Assembly (NCBI GenBank): GCA_963708025.1
Contig: CAVPSB010000028.1
Coordinates: 32,001 to 96,000, forward strand
DNA from: an uncultured Candidatus Rokubacteria bacterium
Lineage (GTDB): Bacteria; Methylomirabilota; Methylomirabilia; Rokubacteriales; DASRDR01
Reading direction: 5' to 3'
Length of the DNA stretch: 64,000 bases
Positions 33,270 through 46,385 of the stretch are shown here, piece after piece (the first letter of the stretch is position 1; every line of letters starts with the position of its first letter). The translations under genes and the position numbers were made by a program. The notes under the pieces are model-generated. The model worked only from the letters and a program-made list of their open reading frames with translations. It did not search any database and was not told the origin of the DNA.

Positions 33270-34157
33270 GTGCCGGCGCCGGGCAGCCGCGCTCGCCGGG
33301 AGCCGTGGCTCTGGGCGCTGAACCTCCCGGCCGTCGTCCTGGTCCTGGCCTTCAGCGTGCTGCCGATCGTCTACGTCGGCTGGCTCAGCGTCCAGGACCT
33401 GCGGGCCGGCGTCGCGACGAGTGGACCGGCGGGCTGGGCCAACTACCGCTTCGTGCTGGCCGACGCCTCGGTCGCCACCGCGCTCCGGAACACCCTCTAC
33501 TTCTCGGCGCTCTCGGTGGCCGTGGCGACGCTCCTCGGGCTGGGCATCGCGCTCCTCCTCGACAGCCGGGCCCCGGGCGCCGGCTGGCTCGTCATGGGCG
33601 CCGTCCTGCCCTGGGCCATTCCCGAGATCGTGAACGCCCTCATGTGGCAGTGGATCTACAACCCGACCTACGGCGCCCTCAACGGCCTGCTCGTCTCGCT
33701 CGGGGCGCTGGACCACTACCGGGCGTGGCTCAGCACGCCGGCCTCCGCCATGCACGCCATCGTCTTCGCGTACGCCTGGAAGCTCGTGCCCTTCGTGGTG
33801 ATCATCCTGTACGCGGCCCTGCGCTCGGTGCCGGCCGAGGTCTACGAGTCGGCGCAGCTCGACGGCGCCGGTGACTGGGGGCAGCTCCGCCACGTCACCC
33901 TTCCGCTCATCGCGCCGGCCATCGCGGTAGCCGTGGTCTTCTGCGTCGTGTGGTCGATGCGGGCCTTCGACGTCGTCTACCTCCTGACCAAGGGTGGGCC
34001 CGGCGAGGCGACGACCCTCCTCAGCTATCTCACGTTCACCAAGGCCTTCGAGTTCGGCGACCTGGGAGCCGGGGCCGCCATCGCCTGCATCCTGGCCGCC
34101 GTCACCCTGGCCATGACCCTGGTTTACCTGCGGGTCCTGCCGGAGGGCGCTCGGTGA
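33270..34157 (+). CDS. Sugar ABC permease
   Basis: LPWAIP, YGALN, YESAQLDGA, TKGGP. Confidence 0.9.
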   Translation: MPAPGSRARREPWLWALNLPAVVLVLAFSVLPIVYVGWLSVQDLRAGVATSGPAGWANYRFVLADASVATALRNTLYFSALSVAVATLLGLGIALLLDSRAPGAGWLVMGAVLPWAIPEIVNALMWQWIYNPTYGALNGLLVSLGALDHYRAWLSTPASAMHAIVFAYAWKLVPFVVIILYAALRSVPAEVYESAQLDGAGDWGQLRHVTLPLIAPAIAVAVVFCVVWSMRAFDVVYLLTKGGPGEATTLLSYLTFTKAFEFGDLGAGAAIACILAAVTLAMTLVYLRVLPEGAR

Positions 34158-35035
34158 GGGGCGGTGGATGGCCGCGGCGGGTGACGCTGGCCGCCCTGGT
34201 GGCACTGAGCCTGCTCTACCTCCTGGCCCCGCCCGCGTGGATGCTCCTGTCGAGCATCTCCCCCGACCGGGAGCTGACGACCCGACCCCCCCGCTGGATC
34301 CCGTCCGCGCCGACCGCCGGGCACTACCGGACCCTCTTCCAGCTCCCGGGACTCGACCGGCAGGTACTCGACCGGAACCCGCAGGTCCGGGCCTTCCCGC
34401 GGTCGCTCCTGAACAGCACGATCATCGCGCTCGGCACGGTGGCACTCTGCCTCGGCTTCGGCACCGTCTCCGCCTACTCGCTCTCCCGCTTCGTCCGCCG
34501 GCGGGTCCGTCGCGTGCTGCTGCTCGGCCTCCTGGCAACCCGGATGATCCCGGTCGTCTCGATCCTCATCCCGGTCTACCTGGGGCTCCAGCGGCTCGGA
34601 CTCCTCAACACGCTCAGCGGTCTCGTCCTCGCCTATGCCGGCCTGCTGCTGCCCTTCGTCATCTGGATCCTGGAGGGCTTCTACCGGGACTTCCCCGCCG
34701 AGCTGGAGGAGGCGGCGGCCATGGACGGGTGCACGCGGCTCGGGACCTTCCTCCGGATCGTCTTGCCCCTGTCGACCAACTCGCTGTTCGCGGCCGGCGC
34801 CTTCGCCTTCATCGCCAGCTGGTCGGACTTCATCGTGGGCCTGGTCCTGACCACGTCCGAGGCGGCGTGGCCGATCTCCGTCGTGCTCGCGCAATCGCTG
34901 AACCCGATCTCGGAGCCAAGCTGGGGGCTGCTCAACGGCGCCGGCCTGGTGGCGGCGCTGGTGCCGGCGATCCTGGCCTTCGTCCTGCGCCGGACGGTGA
35001 TGCGCGGCATGCTCTCGGGCGCCTTGAAAGGCTAG
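34154..35035 (+). CDS. Sugar ABC permease
   Basis: LEEAAAMDG EAA loop, SWSDF, GALKG. Confidence 0.9.
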   Translation: MRGGGWPRRVTLAALVALSLLYLLAPPAWMLLSSISPDRELTTRPPRWIPSAPTAGHYRTLFQLPGLDRQVLDRNPQVRAFPRSLLNSTIIALGTVALCLGFGTVSAYSLSRFVRRRVRRVLLLGLLATRMIPVVSILIPVYLGLQRLGLLNTLSGLVLAYAGLLLPFVIWILEGFYRDFPAELEEAAAMDGCTRLGTFLRIVLPLSTNSLFAAGAFAFIASWSDFIVGLVLTTSEAAWPISVVLAQSLNPISEPSWGLLNGAGLVAALVPAILAFVLRRTVMRGMLSGALKG

Positions 35036-35160
35036 GGGCGGGGCCGATGAGCGTCGCATGGCGTCGTCCTCGGTCCTCGCCGATCCTCGGCGTACAAGGA
35101 GTACGCCTGCGGTCGGCGAGTCCCTGCGTCCTAGCGCTGCTCGCTCCTCGGCCCCGCCCC
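35035..35160 (+). repeat. Hairpin / MITE-like repeat family B, copy 1
   Basis: 13-bp terminal inverted repeats GGGGCGGGGCCGA; internal stems CTCGCCGA/TCGGCGAG and GGCGTAC/GTACGCC; inverted homolog at 41214-41339. Confidence 0.88.
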
Positions 35161-35230
35161 GAGAACCTGACTCATCTGCCATGACTTTGGCGACTCGAGG
35201 AACCTAGCAACCGGACCGGGGGGAGACGGA

Positions 35231-35899
35231 ATGCCCATCGAGCTGGTGACGGTGACCACCGCCGACGGCGTCGAGCTGGACGGCGCCCTCTACGAGCCCC
35301 GCGGAGAGCGACCGCGGGGCGCCATCCTCATGGTGCACGGCCTCACCTGGAACTTCTACCGGGGACCGTCCCGATGGCTCCCACCCCGGCTCGCCGATGC
35401 CGGGTACGCCTGCCTGTCGCTCAACATGCGGGACCACGATCTCCAGGAGCCGAAAGACTTCGCGCTGTCCCACCACGACATCAGGGCCGGGGTGGATCAC
35501 CTGACCGGGCTCGGCCTCGGCGAGGTGGCGATCGTGGCCCACGGCTACGCCTGCAACAAGGTCGCCTGCTACCCGGGCTGGTCGGGCGACCCGCGGGTCC
35601 GCCACCACGTCCTGACCACGCTCGGCGCGGTCAAGGCGTACCGTCCCGACATCTGGGATTCGGTGCTGCGGCAGGCGTCCCGGCTCGCCGGCCGGGTGCT
35701 CGTCGTGCAGGGCGCCGTCGATCCGCTGATCCAGGCGGCCGACCGGGCCGCCGAGCTGCGGGCCGCCGCCACCGGCGCCCGCGCCGACGTCGTGCTCCTC
35801 GAGGGCGGAAACCACTACTTCGACGGCCGGCACGCGGAGCTGGCCGCGTGCATCGTGGCCTGGCTGGCGGCGGCCGAGCGCGAGCCGGCGCGACCTTGA
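35231..35899 (+). CDS. Alpha/beta hydrolase fold protein with atypical nucleophile elbow
   Basis: TADGVELDGALY, MVHG, VQGAVDP, GGNHYF; AHGYA in place of GHSxG. Confidence 0.75.
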   Translation: MPIELVTVTTADGVELDGALYEPRGERPRGAILMVHGLTWNFYRGPSRWLPPRLADAGYACLSLNMRDHDLQEPKDFALSHHDIRAGVDHLTGLGLGEVAIVAHGYACNKVACYPGWSGDPRVRHHVLTTLGAVKAYRPDIWDSVLRQASRLAGRVLVVQGAVDPLIQAADRAAELRAAATGARADVVLLEGGNHYFDGRHAELAACIVAWLAAAEREPARP

Positions 35900-35962
35900 C
35901 GGGTCGCGAACGCCCACGGTAGGCTCCGCTCGACCGAAGGGCCCCGCTCGATTGGAGGACTT

Positions 35963-36862
35963 ATGGAGCGCGACTTCGTCGGCTACGGCGCGGAGCCGCC
36001 GGCCGTCCGCTGGCCCGGCGATGCCCGGATCGCCGTCAACCTCGTGGTGAACTACGAGGAAGGCTCGGAGAACCGGTTCGAGGACGGCTGCGCGCGCCGG
36101 GAGACCGCCGGCGAGGTGGCCTCGCAGGTTCCCCTGGATCCGCCGCAGCGCGACCTCGCCAACGAGTCCATGTTCGAGTACGGAAGCCGCGCCGGGGTGT
36201 GGCGCCTCCTCCGCCTGTTCGACCGGTACGAGGTGAAGGGGACGTTCTTCGCCTGCGCGGTCGCGCTGGAGCGGAATCCGGCGGTGGGCCGGGCGATCAC
36301 CGCCCGCGGCCACGACGTGCTCGCCCACGGCAACCGCTGGCAGGAGCACTTCCTCCTCGACCGGGAGGCCGAGCGCGCGGCCATCCAGCGCGCGGTCCGG
36401 GTGATCGAGGCCGCCACCGGGCAGAAGCCCGCGGGCTGGTACTGCCGCTACGGCCCCAGCGTGAACACGCGGGAGCTGGTCGTCGCCTCCGGCCACTTCC
36501 TCTACGACTCCGACGCCTACAACGACGACCTCCCCTACTACGTGCGCGTCCAGGGGAAGCCGTGGCTGGTCGTCCCCTACACCCTCGACACCAACGACGC
36601 CCGCTTCTGGCGCGGCGGCCTCGACACCGGCCAGGACTTCTTCGAGTACCTCCGCGACAGCTTCGACGTGCTGTACGAGGAGGGCGCGACCCACCCCAGG
36701 CTCATGTCGGTCGGGCTCCACTGCCGCATCGTCGGCCGTCCCGGCCGGACGCGCGGGCTCGAGCGCTTCCTCGCGCATGCCCGCGAGCGCCCCGGGGTCT
36801 GGTTCGCCCGTCGCGGCGAGATCGCGCGCTGGTGGCTCGAGCGGCACCCGCCGTCGGCGTGA
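35963..36862 (+). CDS. puuE: PuuE-type allantoinase (polysaccharide deacetylase family)
   Basis: RDFVGYG, WPGDARIAVN.VVNYEEG, EYGSRAG.WR, YNDDLPY, GLHCR..GRPGR. Confidence 0.82.
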   Translation: MERDFVGYGAEPPAVRWPGDARIAVNLVVNYEEGSENRFEDGCARRETAGEVASQVPLDPPQRDLANESMFEYGSRAGVWRLLRLFDRYEVKGTFFACAVALERNPAVGRAITARGHDVLAHGNRWQEHFLLDREAERAAIQRAVRVIEAATGQKPAGWYCRYGPSVNTRELVVASGHFLYDSDAYNDDLPYYVRVQGKPWLVVPYTLDTNDARFWRGGLDTGQDFFEYLRDSFDVLYEEGATHPRLMSVGLHCRIVGRPGRTRGLERFLAHARERPGVWFARRGEIARWWLERHPPSA

Positions 36863-37834
36863 CGGGCGAGGTCGTCCTGGACGTCCGGGACCTCCGGACG
36901 TCCTTCTTCACGCGACGGGGCGTCGGGAAGGCCGTGGATGGGGTCAGCTTCACGCTGCGCCGCGGCGAGACGCTCGGGCTCGTCGGGGAGTCGGGCTGCG
37001 GGAAGAGCATGACCTGCCTCTCCATCCTGCGGCTCAACCCACGGCCGGCCTCCCGCATCGTCGGCGGCCAGGTCCTCTTCCGGGGCGAGGACCTCCTCGC
37101 GAAGTCCGAGTCCGAGATGCGGCGCTACCGCGGCCGGCACCTGGCGATGATCCTCCAGGACCCGATGACCGCGCTCAATCCCGTCTTCACCGTCGGCAAC
37201 CAGCTCGCCGAGCCGCTGCGCCTCCACCAGCGCCTCTCGGGCCGGGCGCTCTGGCAGCGGGCGGCCGAGGCGATGCGGCTCGTGCGCATCCCGGCCCCCG
37301 AAGCCCGCCTCCGCGCCTACCCACACCAGATGAGTGGCGGCATGCGCCAGCGCGCGGTCGGCGCCATCGCGCTCTCCTGCGGCCCGGACGTGCTGATCGC
37401 CGACGAGCCCACCACCGCCCTCGACGTGACGATCCAGGCCGCCTACCTCGCCTTGTTGAAGGAGATCCAGGCGCGCGTGGGTCTGTCGATCCTGTTCGTC
37501 ACCCACGACTTCGGGGTCGTGGCGCGCATGTGCGACCGGGTGGCGGTGATGTACGCGGGGAAGATCGTCGAGCTGGCGGACGCCCGGTCCCTCTTCGAGC
37601 GGCCGGCCCATCCCTACACCGAGGCGCTGCTCCGGTCCGTGCCGAACGTCCAGGCGCGCGTCGAGCGTCTCGACTCGATCGAGGGCCAGCCGCCCTCCCT
37701 CTTCGACCCGGCGCCCGGCTGCCCCTTCGCCCCCCGCTGCCCCCACGTCGAGCCGCGCTGCCGCGAGGCCTATCCGCCGGAGCGGACGGTGGCCCCCGGG
37801 CAGACGGTCGGCCTGCTGGCGCCACGTGCCGTGA
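36859..37834 (+). CDS. Oligopeptide ABC ATP-binding protein (OppD/DppD-like; +1 frameshift near 37810)
   Basis: [37 protein letters not shown]; terminal ACWRHVP* after removing one G. Confidence 0.9.
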
Positions 37835-37879
37835 GAGCGTGGGAAGGAATCCGGTCGTCCGGCCCCCCCTCCCCGGTGG

Positions 37880-38908
<1,029 letters not shown>

Positions 38909-39045
38909 TCCGGCGGCGTCCGCTCGACGACCCGACTGCTCGCGATCCCCTTGACGCGACGGCCGACCGGCGCCAAGGTACTCGGTGCCGACGCGGTGGG
39001 CGAGCGTCGCCACCAACCCAGCGCTGACCATCGAGGAGGCAGCCC

Positions 39046-39328
39046 GTGGCCGAGACCATCCAGGAATACCTGATCGTCGATCCGAGCTTCAGGCGGCTGG
39101 TCTCGCGCCACATGCGGCTGATCAAGCTCTGGACGGGCGCGGCCTGGACCGAGGGGCCGGTCTACGCGGCCGACGGCGACTATCTGCTCTTCTCCGACAT
39201 CCCGAACGACCGCATCATGCGCTTCGTGCCCGATCACACCGGCCTGCTGGGCTCGGTGAGCGTTCATCACCGCCACCACGAGCCTCTACGCCGTCTACAC
39301 CCACGTCAACGGCGCCCAGCGCCCCTGA
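39046..39328 (+). pseudogene. Internally deleted SMP-30/gluconolactonase gene
   Basis: LWTG..WTEGPVY...LLFSDIPNDRI N-terminus joined out of frame at ~39262 to the FITATTSLYAVYTHVNGAQRP* C-terminus. Confidence 0.85.
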
Positions 39329-39360
39329 CGAGCCGGTCTTCCGAGACCCCCTGATGATGC

Positions 39361-40251
39361 TCAGAGCTGGCGGAGCCGGGGGTCCAGCGAGTCGCGGATC
39401 CAGTCGCCGACGACGTTGAAGGAGAGGACGACCAGCATCATCGCGACGCCGGGGCAGACGGAGATCCACCAGGCCCGCTCGATGAACGACAGCCCCTCGG
39501 CGACCATGTTGCCCCAGGTGGGGGTGGGGGGCGGGATGCCGGCGCCGAGGAAGCTGAGCGACGCCTCCACGATCATGGCCCAGCCGACCTGCAGCGTGCC
39601 CAGCACGACGATGCTGTTCATGATGTTCGGCAGGATGTGCCGGCGGACGATGTACGGCCCCGGGGCGCCGGCGACGCGGGCGAGGCCGATGAAGTCGCGC
39701 GTCTTCCAGTAGAGCACCTCCCCGCGCACCAGCCGGGCGAAGCGGGCCCAGAGGATCAGGCCCAGCACGGTGACCACCACCCCGAAGCTCGGCCCCACCG
39801 TCACCGCGAGCACCAGGGCGATGAGCACGCTCGGGAAGGCCAGGAAGCCGTCGGCCGCCCGCATGATGAGCGCCTCGACCCAGCCACCGCGCCAGCCGGC
39901 CAGGACGCCGAGCCCGGTCCCGACCAGCCCGCCGATGGCGATGGCGCCCGCCGCCACCGCGAGCGAGACGCGCGTGCCGAGGATCACCCGGCTCAGGATG
40001 TCGCGCCCCTTCCGATCGGTGCCGAGGGGATGCGCCCAGGCGCCCTCCTTGGTGAAGACGGGCGGCCGCTCGCCGTCGGCCGGGTCGATCGCCAGGGGGT
40101 CGTACGGGGTCAGGACGCCCGCGAAGACCGCGACGACCACCGACAGCGCCACGACGAGCCCGGCCAGGCGGGGCGCACGGCCGAGCGCGCCGAGGCCCGC
40201 GCGCCACGCGCGGGGGGCGGCGAGCCGGACGGGCGCGACGACGGCATCCAT
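39361..40251 (-). CDS. Peptide/nickel ABC permease (DppC-like)
   Basis: HPLGTDRKGRD, EASLSFLG, DSLDPRL. Confidence 0.92.
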   Translation of the reverse strand: MDAVVAPVRLAAPRAWRAGLGALGRAPRLAGLVVALSVVVAVFAGVLTPYDPLAIDPADGERPPVFTKEGAWAHPLGTDRKGRDILSRVILGTRVSLAVAAGAIAIGGLVGTGLGVLAGWRGGWVEALIMRAADGFLAFPSVLIALVLAVTVGPSFGVVVTVLGLILWARFARLVRGEVLYWKTRDFIGLARVAGAPGPYIVRRHILPNIMNSIVVLGTLQVGWAMIVEASLSFLGAGIPPPTPTWGNMVAEGLSFIERAWWISVCPGVAMMLVVLSFNVVGDWIRDSLDPRLRQL

Positions 40252-40254
40252 CCG

Positions 40255-41172
40255 TCAGCTCCCCCGGATGCGCGGATCCACGAGCCCGTAGCTCAGGTCG
40301 ACCAGGAAGTTGATCAGGATGATCAGGGTGGTCCACACGATGACGGTGAGCTGAAGGACCGGGAAGTCCCGCCAGAGCGTGGACTCGTAGGCGAGCCGGC
40401 CGAGCCCCGGCCAGCCGAAGACGACCTCGACGACGATGGCCGCCGCGATGATCACCCCGTACATGAAGCCGACGAAGGTGATGACCGGGATCAGCGCGTT
40501 GCGGAGCGCGTGCTTCCAGAGCACCCACGTCTCGCGGAGCCCCTTGGTCCGGGCGAGCTTGACGAACTCGCTGTCGAGCACCTCGAGCATGCTGGACCGG
40601 AGCAGCCGCACGACGCCGGCGCTGATGCCCCAGCCGAGCACCACCGCCGGCAGGACGTAGTGGCGCCAGGTGCCCATCCCGGAGGTGGGAAGCCAGCGGA
40701 GCCACACCGCGAAGACCAGGACGAGGACGATGCCGAGCCAGAAGGCCGGGAGGGACTGGCCGAGCACGACGAAGCCGAGGCCGAGCCGGTCCCAGAGGCC
40801 GCCGCGGTTCGCCGCTGCCAGCACGCCGAGCGGGAAGCTGATGGCGAGCGTGATGGCGATCGCCGCGGTGGCGAGCTTGATCGAGTTCCAGAACCGCTCC
40901 CGGACCAGCTCGATCGCCGGCTTGCCCGTGCGGAGTGATCGGCCCCAGTCGCCCTGGAGCGCGCTGCGGAGGAACGCCCAGTACTGGTAGGGGATCGGGC
41001 GGTCGAAGCCCATGCGCGCGATGAAGGCCTGGCGCTCGGCGGGGGTGGTCTCGGCGGGCAGGATGAGGTCGGCCGGGCTGCCCGAGGTGCGGACCAGGGC
41101 GAAGACGATGAAGCTCGACGCCAGCAGCGTGAGGAGCGCCTGGCCGAGGCGCAGCGCGGTGAAGCGCACCAT
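40255..41172 (-). CDS. Peptide/nickel ABC permease (DppB-like)
   Basis: GDWGRS, ARTKGL, HALRNALIP, RDFPV, DPRIR. Confidence 0.92.
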   Translation of the reverse strand: MVRFTALRLGQALLTLLASSFIVFALVRTSGSPADLILPAETTPAERQAFIARMGFDRPIPYQYWAFLRSALQGDWGRSLRTGKPAIELVRERFWNSIKLATAAIAITLAISFPLGVLAAANRGGLWDRLGLGFVVLGQSLPAFWLGIVLVLVFAVWLRWLPTSGMGTWRHYVLPAVVLGWGISAGVVRLLRSSMLEVLDSEFVKLARTKGLRETWVLWKHALRNALIPVITFVGFMYGVIIAAAIVVEVVFGWPGLGRLAYESTLWRDFPVLQLTVIVWTTLIILINFLVDLSYGLVDPRIRGS

Positions 41173-41213
41173 GGCCGCACTATAGCCCAAGGGCGCTGAA
41201 GGCGGCGAGCTCA

Positions 41214-41339
41214 CGGGCGGGGCCGAGGAGCGAGCAGCGCTAGGACGCAGGGAGTCGCCCACCGCAGGCGTATGCCGCATACGCCGAGGATGGGCGACGA
41301 CCGAGGACGACGCGATGCGAAGCTCATCGGTCCCGCCCG
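41214..41339 (-). repeat. Hairpin / MITE-like repeat family B, copy 2
   Basis: Reverse complement aligns without large gaps to 35035-35160. Confidence 0.88.
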
Positions 41340-41427
41340 CGCTTGACGGTCGTGGCGCGCCGATGCTAAGGTCCCGCGCGTACGCGGTTGCTCCGTCCCG
41401 TTCCGCCCCCTCGCAAGGAGGATCCCC

Positions 41428-43019
<1,592 letters not shown>

Positions 43020-43023
<4 letters not shown>

Positions 43024-44367
43024 GCGGGGCCGCGCGGGGCCACCGTCGTCCAGGGCGAGTGGGTCCTCGCCTGGGAGGACGGCCGGCCCCGGCTTCTCAC
43101 CGACGCGAGCGTCGTCGTCGAGGGCGCCACCATCGCGGCGGTGGTCCGCGGCGATGCCGGGCCGGCCGACCGCCGGCTCGGCGGGCGGGGGACGCTGGTC
43201 CTGCCCGGCTTCCTGAACCTCCACACCCACGCGCTCAACGCCCGGGTGTTCCGCGGGCTGGTGGACGACGTCGCCTTCGCCGAGGGCGCGGGGACGGCGA
43301 TCAACCGGCTGCTGATGCCGGTGGCCGGGCTGGTGGCCCGGGAGCTCGGACCGGACGAGCTGGCGGCACTGGCCACCCTCGGCCTCCTGGATCTTCTGCA
43401 GAGCGGCTGCACCACGGTGGCCGACATGTTCAGGCCCGAGCTCACCGGACCGGTCGAGGTCGCCGCCCACGCGCTCGGCGTCCGACTCTGGGCCTTCCCC
43501 TACCTCTTCTCGCCGGCCGCGGGTCCGGAGGATGTGGACGCCGAGCTGGCGCGAAGCACGGCGCTGGTCCGCGAGCTCGACGAGGGCCCGGGCGGCCGCC
43601 TCCGGGTCGGCCTCGGCCCTCACGGCACCGACACCTGCTCCGCCGAGCTGCTGCGCGCAGTGCGGAAGGCGGCCGACGCCCTCGACTGCCCGGTCAGCCT
43701 CCATCTCGCCCAGAGCCCGGCCGAGGTCGAGGCGGCTCACCGGCGCTACGGCAAGGGCCCGGTCGCGCACGCGGACGAGGTCGGGCTCCTCGGGCCCGGT
43801 CTCCTCGCGGCTCACTGCCTGTACGCGACCGAGACGGAGCTCGCGCTCCTTCGTGAGCGCGGCGCCGCGGTGGTGAGCTGTCCGCTCGTCTATGCCCGCT
43901 GGGGGATCTCCGCACCGTACGATCGCTTCGCCTCACGGGGCGTGCTGACCGCGCTCGGCACCGACCAGGAGCGCGACTACGTGGAGGGGCTCCGGATGGC
44001 CGGGCTCGTCTCCAGGCTCGAGCGCGGCCAGTCGGATGCGGCAACGGCATGGGAGCTGGTCGAGGCCGCGACGGTGAACGGCGCCAGGGCTCTGCGGCGG
44101 CCCGACCTCGGCCGGATCGCGCCGGGGGCGCGGGCCGACCTCGCCGTCGTGGATCTCGGCCGGCCGCACCTGGCGCCGGTATTCGACCCCATCAAGAGCC
44201 TCGTCTGGCATGCCCACGGGGGCGACGTGCGCGACGTCCTGGTTGACGGCGAGGTGCTGGTCGCCGACGGGCGCGCCACGCGGGTGGACGAGGCGGCGGT
44301 CCGCCGGCAAGCGGCTGCGGCGATCGAGCACGTCTGGCGGCTCGCGCGCGAGCGCGGCCTCGCGTAG
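43020..44367 (+). CDS. Amidohydrolase of the SsnA/MtaD/AtzA deaminase family (+1 frameshift in G run near 43027)
   Basis: PGFLNLHTH, GPHG, LHLAQS, AHC, LGTD, GARADL; coding-like sequence continues up to the GTGA overlap. Confidence 0.85.
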
Positions 44368-44487
44368 CGGGAACGGAGATGCCTTCCTCGCTGATCCGCG
44401 CCTGGTACACCGTCAACCAGCGGGAATGAGATACCGCGTGTCGACGATCTCGCTCCACCAACCTCGTACCGCGTGGTGGGTGCAGGG

Positions 44488-44580
44488 CGCCCCCCCTCCC
44501 CCCGGCCACAGGCCGCAGGCCGTCCAACGGTCGGGAGGGGTCGCCAAAGGCCGAAGGCCGTCGACAGGTGGGGGTGGACC
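44488..44580 (+). repeat. Interspersed repeat family A, copy 4 (two hairpin units)
   Basis: CCCCCTCCCCC-GCCACAGGCCGCAGGCCGTC...GCCAAAGGCCGAAGGCCGTC...GGGGGTGG. Confidence 0.7.
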
Positions 44581-44583
44581 CGA

Positions 44584-45151
44584 ATGAGCCCGCCCCCTCC
44601 GCGCATCCAGCCCGTCAGGATCGAGCCGCTGACCGACGAGGCGTTCCGGCCGTTCGGCCAGGTGCTCGGCGCCGGCGAGCGGGCGCCGGACTACCGGGGC
44701 GGCGGCGGGAGCTACGGCTGGCGTGTGGACTTCCAGGCCGACGGCCGGCCCCGGGTCAGCGTGTCGGTGGCGCCGTTCCAGGGACGCCGCTTCACGCGGC
44801 TCGAGCGGCACTTCCACGTGACCCAGACCTTCGTCCCGCTCGACGGCGCCCGAGCGGTGGTCGCCGTCGCGCCGCCCACGGATCCCGCCGACCGCGAGGC
44901 GATCCCCGCCCCGGAGACCGTGCGGGCGTTCCTGATCGACGGAACCAGGGGCTACCTGCTTTGGAAGGGAACGTGGCACAGCATCGACCGCTTCCCGCTC
45001 GACCCGCTGTTCAACGGTCTTCGTCGTCCTCAACGAGCAGGAGACGGTCGAGGATCTGGCCCGGGCCTACGCGGGTCGGGGCGGCTGGGAGCGAACCCAG
45101 GAGATCGACTACGCCGCCCGCTTCGGCGTGACCTTCGAGCTGATCGATTGA
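44584..45151 (+). CDS. Ureidoglycolate lyase (AllA)-like cupin (frameshift near 45010)
   Basis: EPLTDEAFRPFGQV, LERHFHVTQTFVPL, GTWH; C-terminal ...RFGVTFELID* in another frame. Confidence 0.78.
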
Positions 45152-45350
45152 CGGCCTCTCCCCCGGGGGGAGAAGCCGCCAACCGCCGCCGCGTCAGCCC
45201 GGACGTGGGTCGCGGCTACTTCTTGGGCGTGAGCCCCAGCCGGATCTCCAGCAGCCCCCGCACCTCCTTGGCGGTCGCCGGGCGGTTGACTCTCGACGGG
45301 CGCGGCACTAGGCTGAGTGACGCGGCATTCCAGTTCCGAGGAGGGAATCG

Positions 45351-46352
45351 TTGAGCTCGAAGCGTGACGCGCTCCGGTTCTGCGTCGTCGGCGCCGGGGC
45401 GATGGGTTCCGTGTACGGCGGGCTGCTCGCGCGGAGCGGATGCGACGTGACGCTCGTCAACGTCTGGCCGGAGCACGTCGAGGCGATCCGGCGGGACGGC
45501 CTCCACCTCGACGGCATCACCGGGGATCTCCGGATCCCGATCAAGGCCACGACCCGGGCCGAGGACGTGTCGCCGGTGGACGTCGCGATCATCCTCACCG
45601 ACGCCAACGTGACCCGGGACGCGGCCGAGACCGCCCGGCGGGTGCTCCGGGAGGACGGGTTCGCCCTCACCCTACAAAACGGCATCGGCAACGTGGAGGC
45701 GCTCGGCGAGGTCCTGGGGACCGGGCGGGTCATGGGCGGCACCTCCAACCACAGCGCCGCCCCGCAGGCGCCCGGCCACGTGACCCACACGCACGCGGCG
45801 CCGACCTGGATCGGCGAGCTCGACGGCCGGATGACCGGGCGCCTGCGGGAGATGGAGCAGGCCCTGGCCGGCGCCGGGTTCACCCCGGTCGTCGTCGACA
45901 ACATCCTCGCCCACATCTGGAACAAGTTCGTCCTCAACTGCGGCATCAACGCGATCAGCGCGGTCACCGGGCTGCGACTGGGGGAGCTCGTGCGCACCCC
46001 GGCGATCGACGAGCTGCAGACCCGCGTCATCGAGGAGGTCCTGGCCGTGGTCCGGGCCAAGGGCGTCCCGCTCACGGATCCCGATCCGATGCGGACCATC
46101 AAGGACCACTGCTGGAAGAAGTACAACAAGCCCTCGACGCTCCAGCATGTCGAGCAGGGGAAGCGGACGGAGATCGACGCGCTCAACGGCGCCCTGGTGC
46201 GGGAGGCGAGGCGGCTCGGGGTGCCGACGCCGTACAACGACGCCCTGAGCCTCCTCCTGAAGGGCGTCGAGAAACACCGCGCCCAGACGCTCCGCGGGCC
46301 GGCGATCGATTACGACCGGCTGGAGGCGGAGGCGGCGCAGGGCCACCACTGA
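45351..46352 (+). CDS. 2-dehydropantoate 2-reductase family protein
   Basis: GAGAMG, TLQNGIGN, WNKFVLN, RTEIDALNG. Confidence 0.9.
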   Translation: MSSKRDALRFCVVGAGAMGSVYGGLLARSGCDVTLVNVWPEHVEAIRRDGLHLDGITGDLRIPIKATTRAEDVSPVDVAIILTDANVTRDAAETARRVLREDGFALTLQNGIGNVEALGEVLGTGRVMGGTSNHSAAPQAPGHVTHTHAAPTWIGELDGRMTGRLREMEQALAGAGFTPVVVDNILAHIWNKFVLNCGINAISAVTGLRLGELVRTPAIDELQTRVIEEVLAVVRAKGVPLTDPDPMRTIKDHCWKKYNKPSTLQHVEQGKRTEIDALNGALVREARRLGVPTPYNDALSLLLKGVEKHRAQTLRGPAIDYDRLEAEAAQGHH

Positions 46353-46385
46353 CGGGTCACGGACGACCCGAGACGATCCGGGGAG

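Noticed and set aside
21747-35035. ABC importers lacking ATPase genes
   Set aside because: Sharing of ATPases encoded elsewhere is common, so this is not unusual.
44368-44487. Lower-GC intergenic patch as a gene fragment or ncRNA
   Set aside because: No convincing motif, ORF or stable structure could be identified by eye.
45216-45330. Short minus-strand coding-like tail (RPATAKEVRGLLEIRLGLTPKK*)
   Set aside because: Possibly a gene remnant, but too short and without a credible start to assign.
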